Origin: Oscillospiraceae bacterium
GTDB lineage: Bacteria > Bacillota > Clostridia > Oscillospirales > Oscillospiraceae
Direction: 5' to 3'
Assembly (NCBI GenBank): GCA_041891555.1
Contig: JASDTK010000026.1
Coordinates: forward strand, 1 to 37,404
DNA length: 37,404 bases
Shown here piece by piece: positions 1-10,050 of this stretch. The notes beneath the pieces were generated by a model. The model saw only the letters and a program-made list of their open reading frames with translations. It made no database searches and was not told the origin of the DNA. Positions within the stretch are counted from its first letter, which is position 1. Every line of letters begins with the position of its first letter. The position numbers and the translations under genes were made by a program.

Positions 1-479
1 ATTTTGGTTTAAATGCGTACAATTCGGATACGCTTCAGGTGTTAAACGCGGCGGGACTGCTGTCCGCGACAGCCTCCTTCGAGTTGCGTCTTAGTCAGAT
101 AAGGGATATGCACAAACCAATAAATACAGAAATTATTGCCTATGGACGCCTGCCCTTGATGGTAAGCGACCAGTGCATCATAAAAAACAGTGCCGGAGCT
201 TGCAACTGTCAAAACGCGATTTCACTTTCCGACCGCACGGGACAGCTTTTTCCCGTCGTTAAGGAATCTGGCTGCCGAAATGTTATCCTGAACGCGCATA
301 AGCTGTTTCTTGGAGACAGGAAGCGCGACCTTGAAAGCTGCGGACTCTGGGGCATCAGGCTTCTGTTTACCAATGAAGGTCCCGAGGAATGCGTGCGTAT
401 TGCGGACAGCTTTCTGGGAAAAACAGATTACGCTCCGAACGGTCTCACAAGAGGACTTTATTACCGCGGCGTTGAATAG
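1..479 (+). CDS. C-terminal part of a peptidase U32-family-like protein (5' end outside window)
   Basis: The frame is open from the window edge to TAG 477-479. A Cys-rich segment (DQCIIKN...GACNC) and the position just upstream of maf resemble clostridial U32 proteins. Family assignment is from memory only. Confidence 0.45.
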   Translation, partial: FGLNAYNSDTLQVLNAAGLLSATASFELRLSQIRDMHKPINTEIIAYGRLPLMVSDQCIIKNSAGACNCQNAISLSDRTGQLFPVVKESGCRNVILNAHKLFLGDRKRDLESCGLWGIRLLFTNEGPEECVRIADSFLGKTDYAPNGLTRGLYYRGVE

Positions 480-508
480 CGAGATTTTATAAAAACAGAG
501 GAAAACTT

Positions 509-1081
509 ATGAACATCGTTCTTGCGTCCGCTTCACCGCGGAGACGTGAGCTAATGACTATGCTCGGCGTGAAGGACTTCAAAGTCTTACCCGCCGAGGG
601 CGACGAGATAATCGAAGAAGAAATGACGCCGGCCGAAGCGGTCTGCGCGCTATCCCACGCCAAGGCGGATGAGGTTTCAAAAAAATGCTCACCTACGGAT
701 ATCATCATTGCGGCGGACACGATAGTCGTGCTCGACGGAGATATTTTGGGGAAGCCATCGAATAAGAGCGATGCGTTTAGTATGCTCACGCTTCTTTCAG
801 GAAGGGCGCATTCGGTTTTTACAGGCGTGACGGTAATTCAGGGCGAAAAGGTATTTACCGAATTTGAACGTACGCTCGTTCGCTTCCGCGATATATCGGA
901 GCGGGAAATGGAAGCCTATATCGAAACAGGCGAGCCTATGGACAAGGCCGGTTCTTACGGCGCGCAGGGCATAGGCGCCCTGTTTATAGAAGGCATCGAG
1001 GGCGATTTTTTTAATGTGATGGGTCTGCCGCTTTGCAGACTTTCAAAAATGCTTGAACAATTGGGAGTTTATTTGCTTTGA
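509..1081 (+). CDS. maf: Maf-family nucleoside triphosphate pyrophosphatase (septum formation protein Maf)
   Basis: The N-terminus reads LASASPRRRELM. AADTIV, KAGSYGAQG and FNVMGLP are present. The gene sits directly upstream of mreC/mreD. Confidence 0.9.
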   Translation: MNIVLASASPRRRELMTMLGVKDFKVLPAEGDEIIEEEMTPAEAVCALSHAKADEVSKKCSPTDIIIAADTIVVLDGDILGKPSNKSDAFSMLTLLSGRAHSVFTGVTVIQGEKVFTEFERTLVRFRDISEREMEAYIETGEPMDKAGSYGAQGIGALFIEGIEGDFFNVMGLPLCRLSKMLEQLGVYLL

Positions 1082-1929
1082 ACAGTTTTAAGGATTACAT
1101 GAGGAAAAACGGGGTTAAGCTCGGGATAGTCGTCGTCATCGTCGCTGTCATTTTCGGGTTTTCCGCCAGCCGTTCTCCCGACGGTACGAGCGGAATGGAA
1201 AATGCTGCGGCGTCCATAACCACACCCGTCAAGGAGGGCTCAACCGGAATCAAAGGCTGGCTTGAGGGCATTTACGGCTATATGTTCCGCTACGACAAGC
1301 TGGCCGAGGAAAATGAGCAGCTCAAGGTTCAGCTTGCTGAGAGCGAAAAGAAGCTTCGCGAGGCTGAGGAAGCCGAAAGCGAAAATGTGCGTCTGCACGA
1401 GCTGCTCGACCTGCGCGAAAAGCACGAGGACTTCGTTTTTGAATCCGCAAACATCATCGACCGCCCGGCTTCGAACTGGAGCGTGACCTATACACTGAGC
1501 AAAGGTACCGAAAGCGGGATTGCTGTCGGCAACTGTGTAATCGATAGCAAGTATAACCTTGTAGGACAGGTGACGGAGGTCGGCTCCGGCTGGTCGACTG
1601 TCCGCTCGGTGATAGACGCGGATATGCGCGTCGGAGCGCTCGTCGGCGAAGGCGGAAACGCCGCGATGATAGTCGGTGATTTCGCTCTCATGCAGAAGGG
1701 CGAGACAAAACTTACTTACCTCACCGAGGAAACTCAGGTTCTCGAAGGCGACGTGCTCATTACCTCCGGCAAGGGCGGAGCCTTCCCCAAGGGTCTTGAT
1801 ATCGGTACCGTGACTTCCGTCCAGACCGAGGCGGGCGGACAGGTTGAATACGCGGTAGTAAAGCCCGCGAGCGAGCTTGGCGCGCTGTCCGAGGTGTTTG
1901 TTATCAAGGATTTCAACATCATCGAATAG
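1078..1929 (+). CDS. mreC: Rod shape-determining protein MreC
   Basis: It has an N-terminal TM segment and a coiled-coil (EENEQLKVQLAESEKKLREAEE). The C-terminal motif LITSGKGGAFPKGLDIGTV is present. The start is uncertain: TTG 1078 overlaps the maf TGA, or ATG 1099. Confidence 0.88.
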   Translation: MNSFKDYMRKNGVKLGIVVVIVAVIFGFSASRSPDGTSGMENAAASITTPVKEGSTGIKGWLEGIYGYMFRYDKLAEENEQLKVQLAESEKKLREAEEAESENVRLHELLDLREKHEDFVFESANIIDRPASNWSVTYTLSKGTESGIAVGNCVIDSKYNLVGQVTEVGSGWSTVRSVIDADMRVGALVGEGGNAAMIVGDFALMQKGETKLTYLTEETQVLEGDVLITSGKGGAFPKGLDIGTVTSVQTEAGGQVEYAVVKPASELGALSEVFVIKDFNIIE

Positions 1930-1974
1930 TTTTGACAGGCCTGAATTCTCATTACCACAGATTGGAGGCGCGGT

Positions 1975-2490
1975 ATGCTTCTCGATATAGTGAACATTGA
2001 AAAAGTGCGAAGAGCAATAGTCTACTTCGGAGTTATGCTGCTCGTGCTTCTGGTTCAGAATGATATTCTATCAAATTTTTCGATCTTCAGAGTGCACGCA
2101 CTGATAGCGCCAATTGCCGTAGTTGCCGTGGGCTTTTTCGAGGGCGGCATCTGGGGCGGAGTTTTTGGACTCTTTATGGGACTTTTCTGCGATATGTACC
2201 TAAATGACGTGCCGGTGCTTTTAACCGTAGTGTTGCCTGTTATCGGTTTTTTGTCCGGCGCGCTGGTAATGAATTTCGTAAACAAGCGCTTTTTCTCTTT
2301 CTTTTTTGTTTGTCTTGCGGCGCTGGTGCTGACGGCCTTATGCCAGATGTTCAGATTTGTAGCGCTTGCGAACGCAAACTTTCTGCCGGTGCTTATAACT
2401 GCGGGGCTTCAGACTCTGTGGTCGCTGCCCTTTACACTCGCAATTTATTATCCGTGCCGCAGACTTTCGGGCGTGGATCTGAGCAAGTAG
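1975..2490 (+). CDS. mreD: Rod shape-determining protein MreD
   Basis: A small polytopic hydrophobic protein immediately after mreC, with GGAGG upstream of the ATG. Confidence 0.8.
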   Translation: MLLDIVNIEKVRRAIVYFGVMLLVLLVQNDILSNFSIFRVHALIAPIAVVAVGFFEGGIWGGVFGLFMGLFCDMYLNDVPVLLTVVLPVIGFLSGALVMNFVNKRFFSFFFVCLAALVLTALCQMFRFVALANANFLPVLITAGLQTLWSLPFTLAIYYPCRRLSGVDLSK

Positions 2491-2511
2491 TTCCTTGCGA
2501 AAGGAAAGATA

Positions 2512-4602
2512 ATGGATAGAACAATTAAACCCTGGCGGCTTGCGGCAATGATAATTCTGATCTTATCGTTGGCGGTCGTTTACGCTGTGAACCTCTACCG
2601 TCTGCAGATAATCAAGGGCGCCGAATATTATGCGCAGTCCCAGAACAGTACAGTTACAACGAACACCGTTATTGCGGCGAGGGGGAACATCCTTGACCGC
2701 TATGGCAGAGTCCTTGTTTCAAACAAGGTCTGCAACAACATCTACATAAATGCAGACGAGCTCTTCGAACAGCCCGACCCGAATGCCATAATTCTGGAAC
2801 TCACACAGGCGGTCAAGGATTCCGGCAACACCTACACTGACACGCTTCCCATAACGAAAGAAGCGCCTTTTGAATATGTTCCGAATATGACGGATCTTCA
2901 AAAAACAAGGCTTGACGCCTACCTTAAGGCGAACGACCTGCCCGCTTCAACGACCGCCGTCGAGCTGATGGCCTTTTTCAGAGACGCTTTTGATATTGAT
3001 AACAACTACACTTCCGAACAGATGAGAGCCGTTGCGGGAGTGCGCTATGAAATCAAGATACGCTATGTCATTAACACCTCAGACTATGTATTCGCGGAGG
3101 ATGTGAGTATTGACCTCATCACAAAGCTGATGGAAAACAATGTGCCGGGATTTACGGTTCAATCCTCCTATGTCCGCGAATACAACACAAACTACGCAGC
3201 GCATCTTCTGGGCTACGTGGGAATGATGGACGAGGATGAGTACAAGGAATATAAGAACGACGGCTATCCGCTGAACGCTATGGTAGGCAAGGACGGCGCG
3301 GAAAAAGCCTTTGAAACTTATCTGCACGGGACGGACGGTACCGCGAGGGTGACAACCACAAAGGGCGGCACAGTTATTAGCACAAACTATACTAAGGAAC
3401 CGGAACCCGGCGATCAGGTTTATCTGACTATAGACCTGGGCTTGCAGGAGGCGGCTGAAATCTCACTCGGCAACTTCATTACGGAGACAAACAAGCAGCG
3501 TCTGGTTGATAATGCTAATTTTGAAGCCCAGGGAGAGACTGACAAGATAAAGCAGCAGATTACTGGCGGAGCAGTCGTCGCAATAAACATTAAGACGGGT
3601 GAGCCTCTGTGCATAGCAAGCTATCCGACCTTTGACCTGAGCACACTGATGGACAACTATTCGAAGCTGCTTGAGGACAAATCCGGACCGCTTTTCAATC
3701 GTGCGCTCATGGGCGCATATGCTCCTGGCTCTACCTTCAAGCCTGTCACGGCTATCGCTGCGCTTGACCAGAAAATAGTCACGACAGCTACGACCATATA
3801 CGATAAGGGAATTTTCACGAAGTATGAGGATGCGGGCTATACTCCTAAGTGCTGGCTTTATCCGCACGGCTCTCACGGAGATGTGAACACGACAAAAGCT
3901 ATAGAGGTATCCTGCAACTATTACTTCTATACGATTGGCGATCAGCTTGGCATAGATAAACTTTCAAGTTATGCGCTTCGTTTCGGACTCGGCGTACCGA
4001 CAGGTATCGAGCTTACAGAGAACACGGGTATCATGGCAACACAGAAATATAAGGAAGAGACCACCGATACGCCGTGGTATATAGGAGATACACTGCAGGC
4101 GGCAATCGGCCAGTCCTACAGCATATTTACACCGTTGCAGCTTGCAAACTATTTTGCAACTATCGCTAATAATGGTACGCGCTACAAGGCTTCAATACTG
4201 AAATCGGCGCGGAGCTACGACTATTCAAAAAGCGTATTTGAGCGCAAGGCCATCGTTGCCGACACCGTGAATGTTGATCAGTCCTATTACGACGCTGTGC
4301 ATCAGGGCCTTTATAACGTCGCAAACTCTGTCGACGGTACGGCGTATGCGATTTTCGGAAGCTACCCTTATAAGGTCGCGGCGAAGACCGGTACCGCTCA
4401 GCTGGGCGAAGGCGTTACGAATAACGGCGTCTTTGTTTGCTATGCTCCCTACGATGACCCACAGATTGCCGTTGCCGTAGTCGTCGAAAAGGGCGGCGCG
4501 GGTAGCGCAATAGGATATATTGCCAGAGATGTTCTGGACTACTATTTTAGCTTCAAGAACAGCTCCGTATCGCTCGAAACCGAAAATTCTCTGCTAAAAT
4601 AA
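2512..4602 (+). CDS. mrdA: Penicillin-binding protein 2 (class B transpeptidase)
   Basis: It has an N-terminal TM anchor and the SxxK (STFK), SxN (SCN) and KTG (KTGTA) motifs. It follows mreCD. Confidence 0.9.
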   Translation: MDRTIKPWRLAAMIILILSLAVVYAVNLYRLQIIKGAEYYAQSQNSTVTTNTVIAARGNILDRYGRVLVSNKVCNNIYINADELFEQPDPNAIILELTQAVKDSGNTYTDTLPITKEAPFEYVPNMTDLQKTRLDAYLKANDLPASTTAVELMAFFRDAFDIDNNYTSEQMRAVAGVRYEIKIRYVINTSDYVFAEDVSIDLITKLMENNVPGFTVQSSYVREYNTNYAAHLLGYVGMMDEDEYKEYKNDGYPLNAMVGKDGAEKAFETYLHGTDGTARVTTTKGGTVISTNYTKEPEPGDQVYLTIDLGLQEAAEISLGNFITETNKQRLVDNANFEAQGETDKIKQQITGGAVVAINIKTGEPLCIASYPTFDLSTLMDNYSKLLEDKSGPLFNRALMGAYAPGSTFKPVTAIAALDQKIVTTATTIYDKGIFTKYEDAGYTPKCWLYPHGSHGDVNTTKAIEVSCNYYFYTIGDQLGIDKLSSYALRFGLGVPTGIELTENTGIMATQKYKEETTDTPWYIGDTLQAAIGQSYSIFTPLQLANYFATIANNGTRYKASILKSARSYDYSKSVFERKAIVADTVNVDQSYYDAVHQGLYNVANSVDGTAYAIFGSYPYKVAAKTGTAQLGEGVTNNGVFVCYAPYDDPQIAVAVVVEKGGAGSAIGYIARDVLDYYFSFKNSSVSLETENSLLK

Positions 4603-4645
4603 GGTTTTTCGGCAAATCTCTTTGATTAAATAAAGCTTCTTGATA

Positions 4646-4674
4646 TTGCGTTTTCTGGAAGACTAATGTATAAT
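4646..4674 (+). promoter_or_regulatory. Putative sigma-A promoter for mgsA (TTGCGT-N17-TATAAT)
   Basis: -35 TTGCGT at 4646-4651, a 17-nt spacer, and -10 TATAAT at 4669-4674. This places the transcript start downstream of the ORF-track ATG at 4666. Confidence 0.5.
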
Positions 4675-4734
4675 GGAATATCAGCAAAGCGGCGCTCTCG
4701 TCAACTGCCGCAGCGCACTGAAAGGATGAAGGCA

Positions 4735-5136
4735 ATGAATATCGCTATAATGGCGCATGACAATAAGAAAGAACTTATGGTACAGTTCTGCATCGCATAT
4801 TGCGGGATACTGTCCGAGCATTCAATCTGCGCCACGGCTACCACCGGACGACTGGTTGCAGAAGCGACGGGTCTGCCGATATCTATGTATTTAAGTGCCG
4901 CTCAGGGTGGCTCACAGCAGATCAAGTCGCGCATCGCGTATAACGAAATCGATCTGGTGCTGTTCTTCTGGGACTCTTCAAGCACAGACGACGATAAGGA
5001 AGTCGTTGCGATATCGCGTGCCTGCGATCAGCACAGCATTCCGTTTGCCTCCAATGTCGCTACTGCGGAGGTGCTTATTCAGGGGCTCAAGCGCGGTGAC
5101 CTCGGCTGGCGCGATATTGTAAACCCCAAGAAATAA
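4735..5136 (+). CDS. mgsA: Methylglyoxal synthase
   Basis: Reads MNIAIMAHDNKKELM... with the hallmark IAxxAHDxKK. AAAGGA lies about 9 nt before ATG 4735. The longer ORF from 4666 begins upstream of the predicted promoter -10. Confidence 0.85.
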   Translation: MNIAIMAHDNKKELMVQFCIAYCGILSEHSICATATTGRLVAEATGLPISMYLSAAQGGSQQIKSRIAYNEIDLVLFFWDSSSTDDDKEVVAISRACDQHSIPFASNVATAEVLIQGLKRGDLGWRDIVNPKK

Positions 5137-5158
5137 CCGAGCTTTGTTTTTCTGCGTA

Positions 5159-5192
5159 ACGCTCTCGTCCCTTTGCGGGAGAGGGCGTTATT
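5159..5192 (+). terminator. Weak hairpin after mgsA (possible terminator)
   Basis: ACGCUCUC(G)UCCC-UUUGC-GGGAGAGGGCGU forms about 12 bp with one bulge. It is followed only by UAUU, so the U-tract is poor. Confidence 0.3.
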
Positions 5193-5233
5193 GACTGTTA
5201 AGGAAGAACTACCAATCGAAAGGATTTTGATAT

Positions 5234-6586
5234 ATGGAGAGGATCAAACCCCGCACCCTGTCGGGATTTATGGAGCTTCTGCCCGATAAGCAGGCACAGA
5301 TGGAGCGCATCATGGAAACGCTACGAAAAACCTATTCCCTCTACGGCTTCGCGCCTCTCGACACGCCGATAATCGAAGCGTCCGAAGTGCTGCTTGCCAA
5401 AGGTGGAGGAGAGACAGAAAAACAGATTTATCGTTTTGAAAAAGGCGACAGCGATCTGTCACTGCGCTTTGACTTAACTGTTCCGCTTGCCAAATACGTT
5501 GCAATTAATTACGGACAGCTGGCCTTTCCATTTCGCCGCTATCAGATAGGCAAGGTCTACAGGGGAGAGCGGGCGCAGCGAGGACGCTTCCGCGAGTTCT
5601 ATCAGGCGGATATCGACGTCATAGGCGACGGCGAGCTGGATATAATGAACGAAGCCGAAATTCCCGCCATTATCTATCGCACCTTCACGACGCTGGGACT
5701 GAAAAAATTTAAAATCCGCGTAAACAACCGCAAGGTATTAAACGGTTTTTTCGCATCTCTAGGGCTAACTGACAAGGCCTCCGATATCATGCACACAATA
5801 GACAAGCTTGATAAGATAGGAGCGGAAAAGTGCCGCGCGCTCCTAATTGAGGACGGCGTTAAGGTTAAAAACGCGGACGAGATAATGAGCTTTATCGCAA
5901 TTTCGGGAACAAGCACCGATAAGCTGGAAGCGCTCAAGAAATATGTTGGGAAAAACAATATATTTGACCTAGGACTTGATGAACTCAAGGCGGTCGCAGA
6001 CTATTTGCCCGCTTTCGGCGTGCCTGAGGAAAACTTCGAAATTGACCTCACGATAGCACGCGGGCTCGATTACTACACGGGTACGGTATATGAAACGACG
6101 CTTACAGAGCACCCCGAAATCGGTTCCGTCTGCTCCGGCGGACGTTACGATAACCTCGCGGAATACTATACGGATAAAAAGCTTCCGGGCGTCGGAATAT
6201 CAATCGGGCTTACGCGCCTGTTCTTCGTGCTTGAGGAGCAGGGAATGCTTTCGGACGAAACCATAACATCCCCTGCGGATGTGCTGATTATTCCGATGAC
6301 CGAGGATTTCTCGAAAGCCGTTGAAACCGCCACGCTTCTGCGTGAAAGCGGTATCCGCACGATGCTCTACAGCGAGGACAAAAAGTTCAAGGCTAAGATG
6401 AGCTACGCGGACAAAATCGGTGTGCCTTTCGTCGTTTTCATAGGCGACGACGAGATAGGACAGGGCGTTATCAAGGTAAAGGACATGAAAACCGGCGAGC
6501 AGCTTTCCGAAAAGCCGGAGGACGCTGTAAAGCGTATCAGGGCAGAAATCGATAAGCGCGGCAAAGGCAGCGTTATAAAAGACTGA
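5234..6586 (+). CDS. hisS: Histidine--tRNA ligase
   Basis: Class II aaRS motifs are present (FRRYQIGKVYRGE, FYQADIDVIG, CSGGRYDNL), followed by a C-terminal anticodon-binding domain. Confidence 0.93.
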   Translation: MERIKPRTLSGFMELLPDKQAQMERIMETLRKTYSLYGFAPLDTPIIEASEVLLAKGGGETEKQIYRFEKGDSDLSLRFDLTVPLAKYVAINYGQLAFPFRRYQIGKVYRGERAQRGRFREFYQADIDVIGDGELDIMNEAEIPAIIYRTFTTLGLKKFKIRVNNRKVLNGFFASLGLTDKASDIMHTIDKLDKIGAEKCRALLIEDGVKVKNADEIMSFIAISGTSTDKLEALKKYVGKNNIFDLGLDELKAVADYLPAFGVPEENFEIDLTIARGLDYYTGTVYETTLTEHPEIGSVCSGGRYDNLAEYYTDKKLPGVGISIGLTRLFFVLEEQGMLSDETITSPADVLIIPMTEDFSKAVETATLLRESGIRTMLYSEDKKFKAKMSYADKIGVPFVVFIGDDEIGQGVIKVKDMKTGEQLSEKPEDAVKRIRAEIDKRGKGSVIKD

Positions 6587-6638
6587 AACCTCGCGGCGAA
6601 AATGCCGCTACCAATGATAAAGAAAGGTTCTAAACATT

Positions 6639-8411
6639 ATGATGCAATCCCGTACTCACACCTGTAACGAGCTCCGCATCGGAGACGTGGGGAAGAAGGT
6701 CAAAATAGTCGGCTGGATGGAGAATGTCCGCGAGGTAAGCGCTTCTCTGGCGTTCGTCGTTGTGCGTGATTTTTACGGTACAACACAGGTGGTCGTCGAG
6801 ACCGAGAATATGATTAAGGCTGTGAAGGACATTACCCGTGAGTCCACGATAAGCGTCGACGGCCTTGTCCGCGAGCGCGCATCGAAGAATCCGAAGCTCC
6901 CGACCGGCGATATTGAGATCGTCCCTGAGAAGATTGAAATTTTGGGGCGCTGCCGCTATAACGAACTGCCCTTCCAGATAAACCACAGCCGCGAGGCGGA
7001 CGAGACGGTACGCCTTAAATACCGCTATCTCGACCTCAGAAATCCTGAGGTTAAAAACAACATCATTCTGCGCTGCAACGTGGTAGCCGCTCTGCGCATG
7101 AGCATGCTTGAGCACGGCTTTCTTGAGATAACGACGCCGATATTGACCGCGTCCTCCCCCGAAGGTGCGAGGGACTATCTCGTTCCGGCGCGCAACCATC
7201 CGGGTAAGTTCTACGCCCTGCCGCAGGCTCCCCAGCAGTTCAAGCAGCTCCTGATGACATCAGGCTTTGACCGCTACTTCCAGATCGCACCCTGCTTCCG
7301 CGACGAGGACGCGAGAGCAGACCGCTCGCCCGGCGAGTTCTATCAGCTTGATATGGAAATGGCTTTCGCAAATCAGGAGGACGTTTTCGCGGTACTGGAA
7401 GACGTTCTGCCCCCGATTTTTGCAAAGTACGGCAAGTATAACATCGCTTCGGCCGCGCCGTTCAGAAGAATTTCATTCAACGACGCAATGGAGACCTATG
7501 GCTCGGACAAGCCCGACCTGCGTATTGACTTGACTGTACAGGACGCAACGGAGCTGCTCTCCGGCTGTGGCTTTGAGCCTTTTGCGGGCAACACCGTGAA
7601 GGCCGTTGTCGTGCCGGAATTTGCGCAGACGCGCAAGTTCATTGATCAGCTTTGCGCTGATGTTGAGGTGCAGTCCGGAAATAAGGCCTACTGGTTCCGC
7701 CTTGACGAAAACTTTGATCTTGTCGGCGGAATTTCGAAGTTCGTATCTGAGAAAAAGGAAGCGGTTATCGCCGCTCTCGGGCTTAAGCCAAACTGCTTTG
7801 TAGGCCTTGCCTCCGGCAAAAAGTCCGCCGCACAGAAGACCGCCGGCGTTCTGCGTAAGATGCTCGGCGCTTCCGTTCCGGGACACATGGACACAGAGCG
7901 CTATGAATTCTGCTGGATAGTCGATTTCCCGATGTACGAAATAGGCGAGGAATCGGGGGAGCTTGAGTTTTGCCACAACCCGTTCTCCATGCCGAACGGC
8001 GGACTCGAAACTCTCAATAAATCCGAAAAGGGCGAAGTTGACCCGCTTACTATAACCGCATATCAGTACGACCTCGTGTGCAACGGCGTTGAGCTTTCCT
8101 CGGGCGCGGTGAGAAACCACGATCCCGAAATCATGATAAAGGCGTTTGAGCTTGTCGGTCTGGGCGAGGACGACGTCAAGGCAAAATTCCCCGCGATGTA
8201 CAACGCTTTCTGTTACGGAGCTCCCCCCCACGCGGGCATTGCCCCGGGAGTCGACCGCATGGTCATGCTGCTCGCGGGCGAGGACAGCATACGCGAGATT
8301 ATCCCGTTCCCGATGAACAAGAACGCCCAGGATTTGATGATGGGCGCGCCCTCCGAGGTCGAGCCGAAACAGCTACGCGAGCTACACATCGCGCTCGACA
8401 TAAAAGAGTAG
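6639..8411 (+). CDS. aspS: Aspartate--tRNA ligase (bacterial type)
   Basis: Motifs FYALPQAPQQFKQLLM, FYQLDMEMAF and PPHAGIAPGVDRMVMLL. At 590 aa it includes the bacterial insertion domain. Confidence 0.95.
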   Translation: MMQSRTHTCNELRIGDVGKKVKIVGWMENVREVSASLAFVVVRDFYGTTQVVVETENMIKAVKDITRESTISVDGLVRERASKNPKLPTGDIEIVPEKIEILGRCRYNELPFQINHSREADETVRLKYRYLDLRNPEVKNNIILRCNVVAALRMSMLEHGFLEITTPILTASSPEGARDYLVPARNHPGKFYALPQAPQQFKQLLMTSGFDRYFQIAPCFRDEDARADRSPGEFYQLDMEMAFANQEDVFAVLEDVLPPIFAKYGKYNIASAAPFRRISFNDAMETYGSDKPDLRIDLTVQDATELLSGCGFEPFAGNTVKAVVVPEFAQTRKFIDQLCADVEVQSGNKAYWFRLDENFDLVGGISKFVSEKKEAVIAALGLKPNCFVGLASGKKSAAQKTAGVLRKMLGASVPGHMDTERYEFCWIVDFPMYEIGEESGELEFCHNPFSMPNGGLETLNKSEKGEVDPLTITAYQYDLVCNGVELSSGAVRNHDPEIMIKAFELVGLGEDDVKAKFPAMYNAFCYGAPPHAGIAPGVDRMVMLLAGEDSIREIIPFPMNKNAQDLMMGAPSEVEPKQLRELHIALDIKE

Positions 8412-8421
8412 GTCAGAAGAT

Positions 8422-8934
8422 ATGGACGAGTCTGTTGAATTAAAATATCGCAAGGGTACAAAAGCGGATATAAACGCCGTTTTTCAGGTCTTTGTCGATG
8501 CGATTGCCGAGATGGACAGAAACGGTATTCCGCAGTGGGACGAGCTGTATCCTGACAGAGATATTCTTGCGGAGGACATATCAAAAGATGAGCTTTTTGT
8601 CGGAACGATAGGCGGCGAGATTGCCTGCGTTTTTGTCCTGAACTCCGAGTGCGATGAGGAATACGAAGCAGGGGAGTGGCAATATCCGGAAGCGTCGTTT
8701 TGTGTCATACACCGCCTTTGTGTGAATCCCAAATTTCAAAACAGGGGCGTTGGCGCGTATACGATGAAGCATATCGAGGAGAAGCTGAAAAAGGAAGGGT
8801 TTGAATCAATCCGTTTTGACGCGTTCACGCTTAACCCCTATGCGCTGCGTCTGTATGACAAGCTCGGCTACGCAAAGGTCGGCTATGTCAACTTTAGAAA
8901 AGGCCGCTTTGTTCTGATGGAGAAAAAGCTGTAG
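8422..8934 (+). CDS. GNAT family N-acetyltransferase
   Basis: Acetyl-CoA binding motif RLCVNPKFQNRGVGAYTMKHIE. The gene starts 10 nt after the aspS stop. Confidence 0.8.
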   Translation: MDESVELKYRKGTKADINAVFQVFVDAIAEMDRNGIPQWDELYPDRDILAEDISKDELFVGTIGGEIACVFVLNSECDEEYEAGEWQYPEASFCVIHRLCVNPKFQNRGVGAYTMKHIEEKLKKEGFESIRFDAFTLNPYALRLYDKLGYAKVGYVNFRKGRFVLMEKKL

Positions 8935-8944
8935 GGATGCTGAC

Positions 8945-9391
8945 ATGATGAGATATGCACATACGAATATAATTGCGCGGGACAGCGCAAGGCTGATTGC
9001 GTTTTATAAAGAAGTTCTCGGATGCAGAAGTATCGGAGAAACAAGAGACCTGCGCGGTGAATGGCTGGACGCTTTGACCGGAATAAAAAACGCCCACATT
9101 GTTGGCGAGCATCTGTGTCTGCCCGGATATGACGACAAGCATCCGACTCTTGAGATTTTCTCGTATGATGACATGCCCGCAACGGAAAATCACCGGATTA
9201 ACCAGTGCGGACTGGCACATCTTGCGTTTGAGGTCGAAAATGTGGCTGAAACGCTGGAAAAAGTCCTCACAGCAGGCGGCGGTCAAATCGGGGAACTGGT
9301 GAACGCCGAGTACGAGGATGGGCGCAAAGCCCAGTTCGTCTATGCAGCGGACATCGAGGGAAACATTATTGAGCTTCAGAGCTGGTCATAA
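8945..9391 (+). CDS. VOC (glyoxalase/bleomycin-resistance/dioxygenase fold) family protein
   Basis: About 148 aa with a paired beta-alpha-beta-beta-beta pattern. Segments HTNIIARD, GLAHLAFEV and GNIIEL are typical of VOC proteins. Confidence 0.65.
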   Translation: MMRYAHTNIIARDSARLIAFYKEVLGCRSIGETRDLRGEWLDALTGIKNAHIVGEHLCLPGYDDKHPTLEIFSYDDMPATENHRINQCGLAHLAFEVENVAETLEKVLTAGGGQIGELVNAEYEDGRKAQFVYAADIEGNIIELQSWS

Positions 9392-9416
9392 CGTCAGACG
9401 GCTTTCAGGAGAAGAT

Positions 9417-10049
9417 ATGTCGAATAAATACGAGGTCATTGACCTTGAAACATGGAAGAGAAAAGATTACTGCCAGATTTACAGACAGGCGGTGCAGCCG
9501 CAGTATTGCGTGAGCTTTGAGCTTGACGTGACCGAATTTCTGAAGCGCGTCAAGAATAACGGCCGGTCGTTTACACTTGCGTTTATATACGCGGTTACAA
9601 AATGTGCGAATGAGATTGAGGAGTTCAGATACCGTTTTCTGGACGGGCAGGTCGTGCTTTATGAATCCGTCGATACCTCCTTTACCTATCTCGAAAAGGA
9701 AACCGAGCTGTTCAAGGTCGTCAATGTGCCCATGTGCGGTACGATGGAGGAATATGTGAAGCTTGCCGCCGAAACAGCGGAAAAGCAGACGTCGCATTTT
9801 ACGGGGCCGGTGCCTAACGATGTATACCAATTTTCAGCTTTGCCCTGGGTTAATTTCACTCATGTGTCTCATACGGATTTCGGCAACAGCGAAAAGGCAC
9901 AGCCGATTTTTGACTGGGGCAAATACTGTCAGAAGGACGGCAAAACGCTCATGCCCTTTGCGGTTCAGGTTCATCACGCCTTTGTAGACGGCATACATAT
10001 CGGAAAGCTCGCTGACAGGCTTCAGCGGCACCTGAACGAGGGCAGATGA
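9417..10049 (+). CDS. cat: Type A chloramphenicol O-acetyltransferase family protein
   Basis: SALPWVNFT and the catalytic-His region FAVQVHHAFVDGIHIGK are present. AGGAGAAG lies before ATG 9417. Length is about 210 aa, as in CAT enzymes. Confidence 0.85.
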   Translation: MSNKYEVIDLETWKRKDYCQIYRQAVQPQYCVSFELDVTEFLKRVKNNGRSFTLAFIYAVTKCANEIEEFRYRFLDGQVVLYESVDTSFTYLEKETELFKVVNVPMCGTMEEYVKLAAETAEKQTSHFTGPVPNDVYQFSALPWVNFTHVSHTDFGNSEKAQPIFDWGKYCQKDGKTLMPFAVQVHHAFVDGIHIGKLADRLQRHLNEGR

Positions 10050-10050
10050 A

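Noticed and set aside
4666-4734. Longer mgsA ORF starting at 4666
   Set aside because: Methylglyoxal synthase homology begins at MNIAIMAHD. ATG 4666 lies within or upstream of the predicted -10 box, and the extension is basic and non-conserved-looking.
5137-5233. Possible T-box leader ahead of hisS-aspS
   Set aside because: The spacer is only about 97 nt and contains no GGUGGUACC-type T-box sequence or specifier-loop structure.
6630-8231. 189-aa and 252-aa ORFs antisense to aspS (similar ones lie opposite comM at 12240-13215)
   Set aside because: These are antisense shadows of highly conserved genes, with arginine- and alanine-rich composition and no start-site signals.
9318-9416. N-terminal extension of the CAT ORF overlapping the VOC gene
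   Set aside because: CAT homology starts at MSNKYEVIDLETWKRKDY, and a good RBS precedes ATG 9417. The extension overlaps the VOC gene end by 74 nt.
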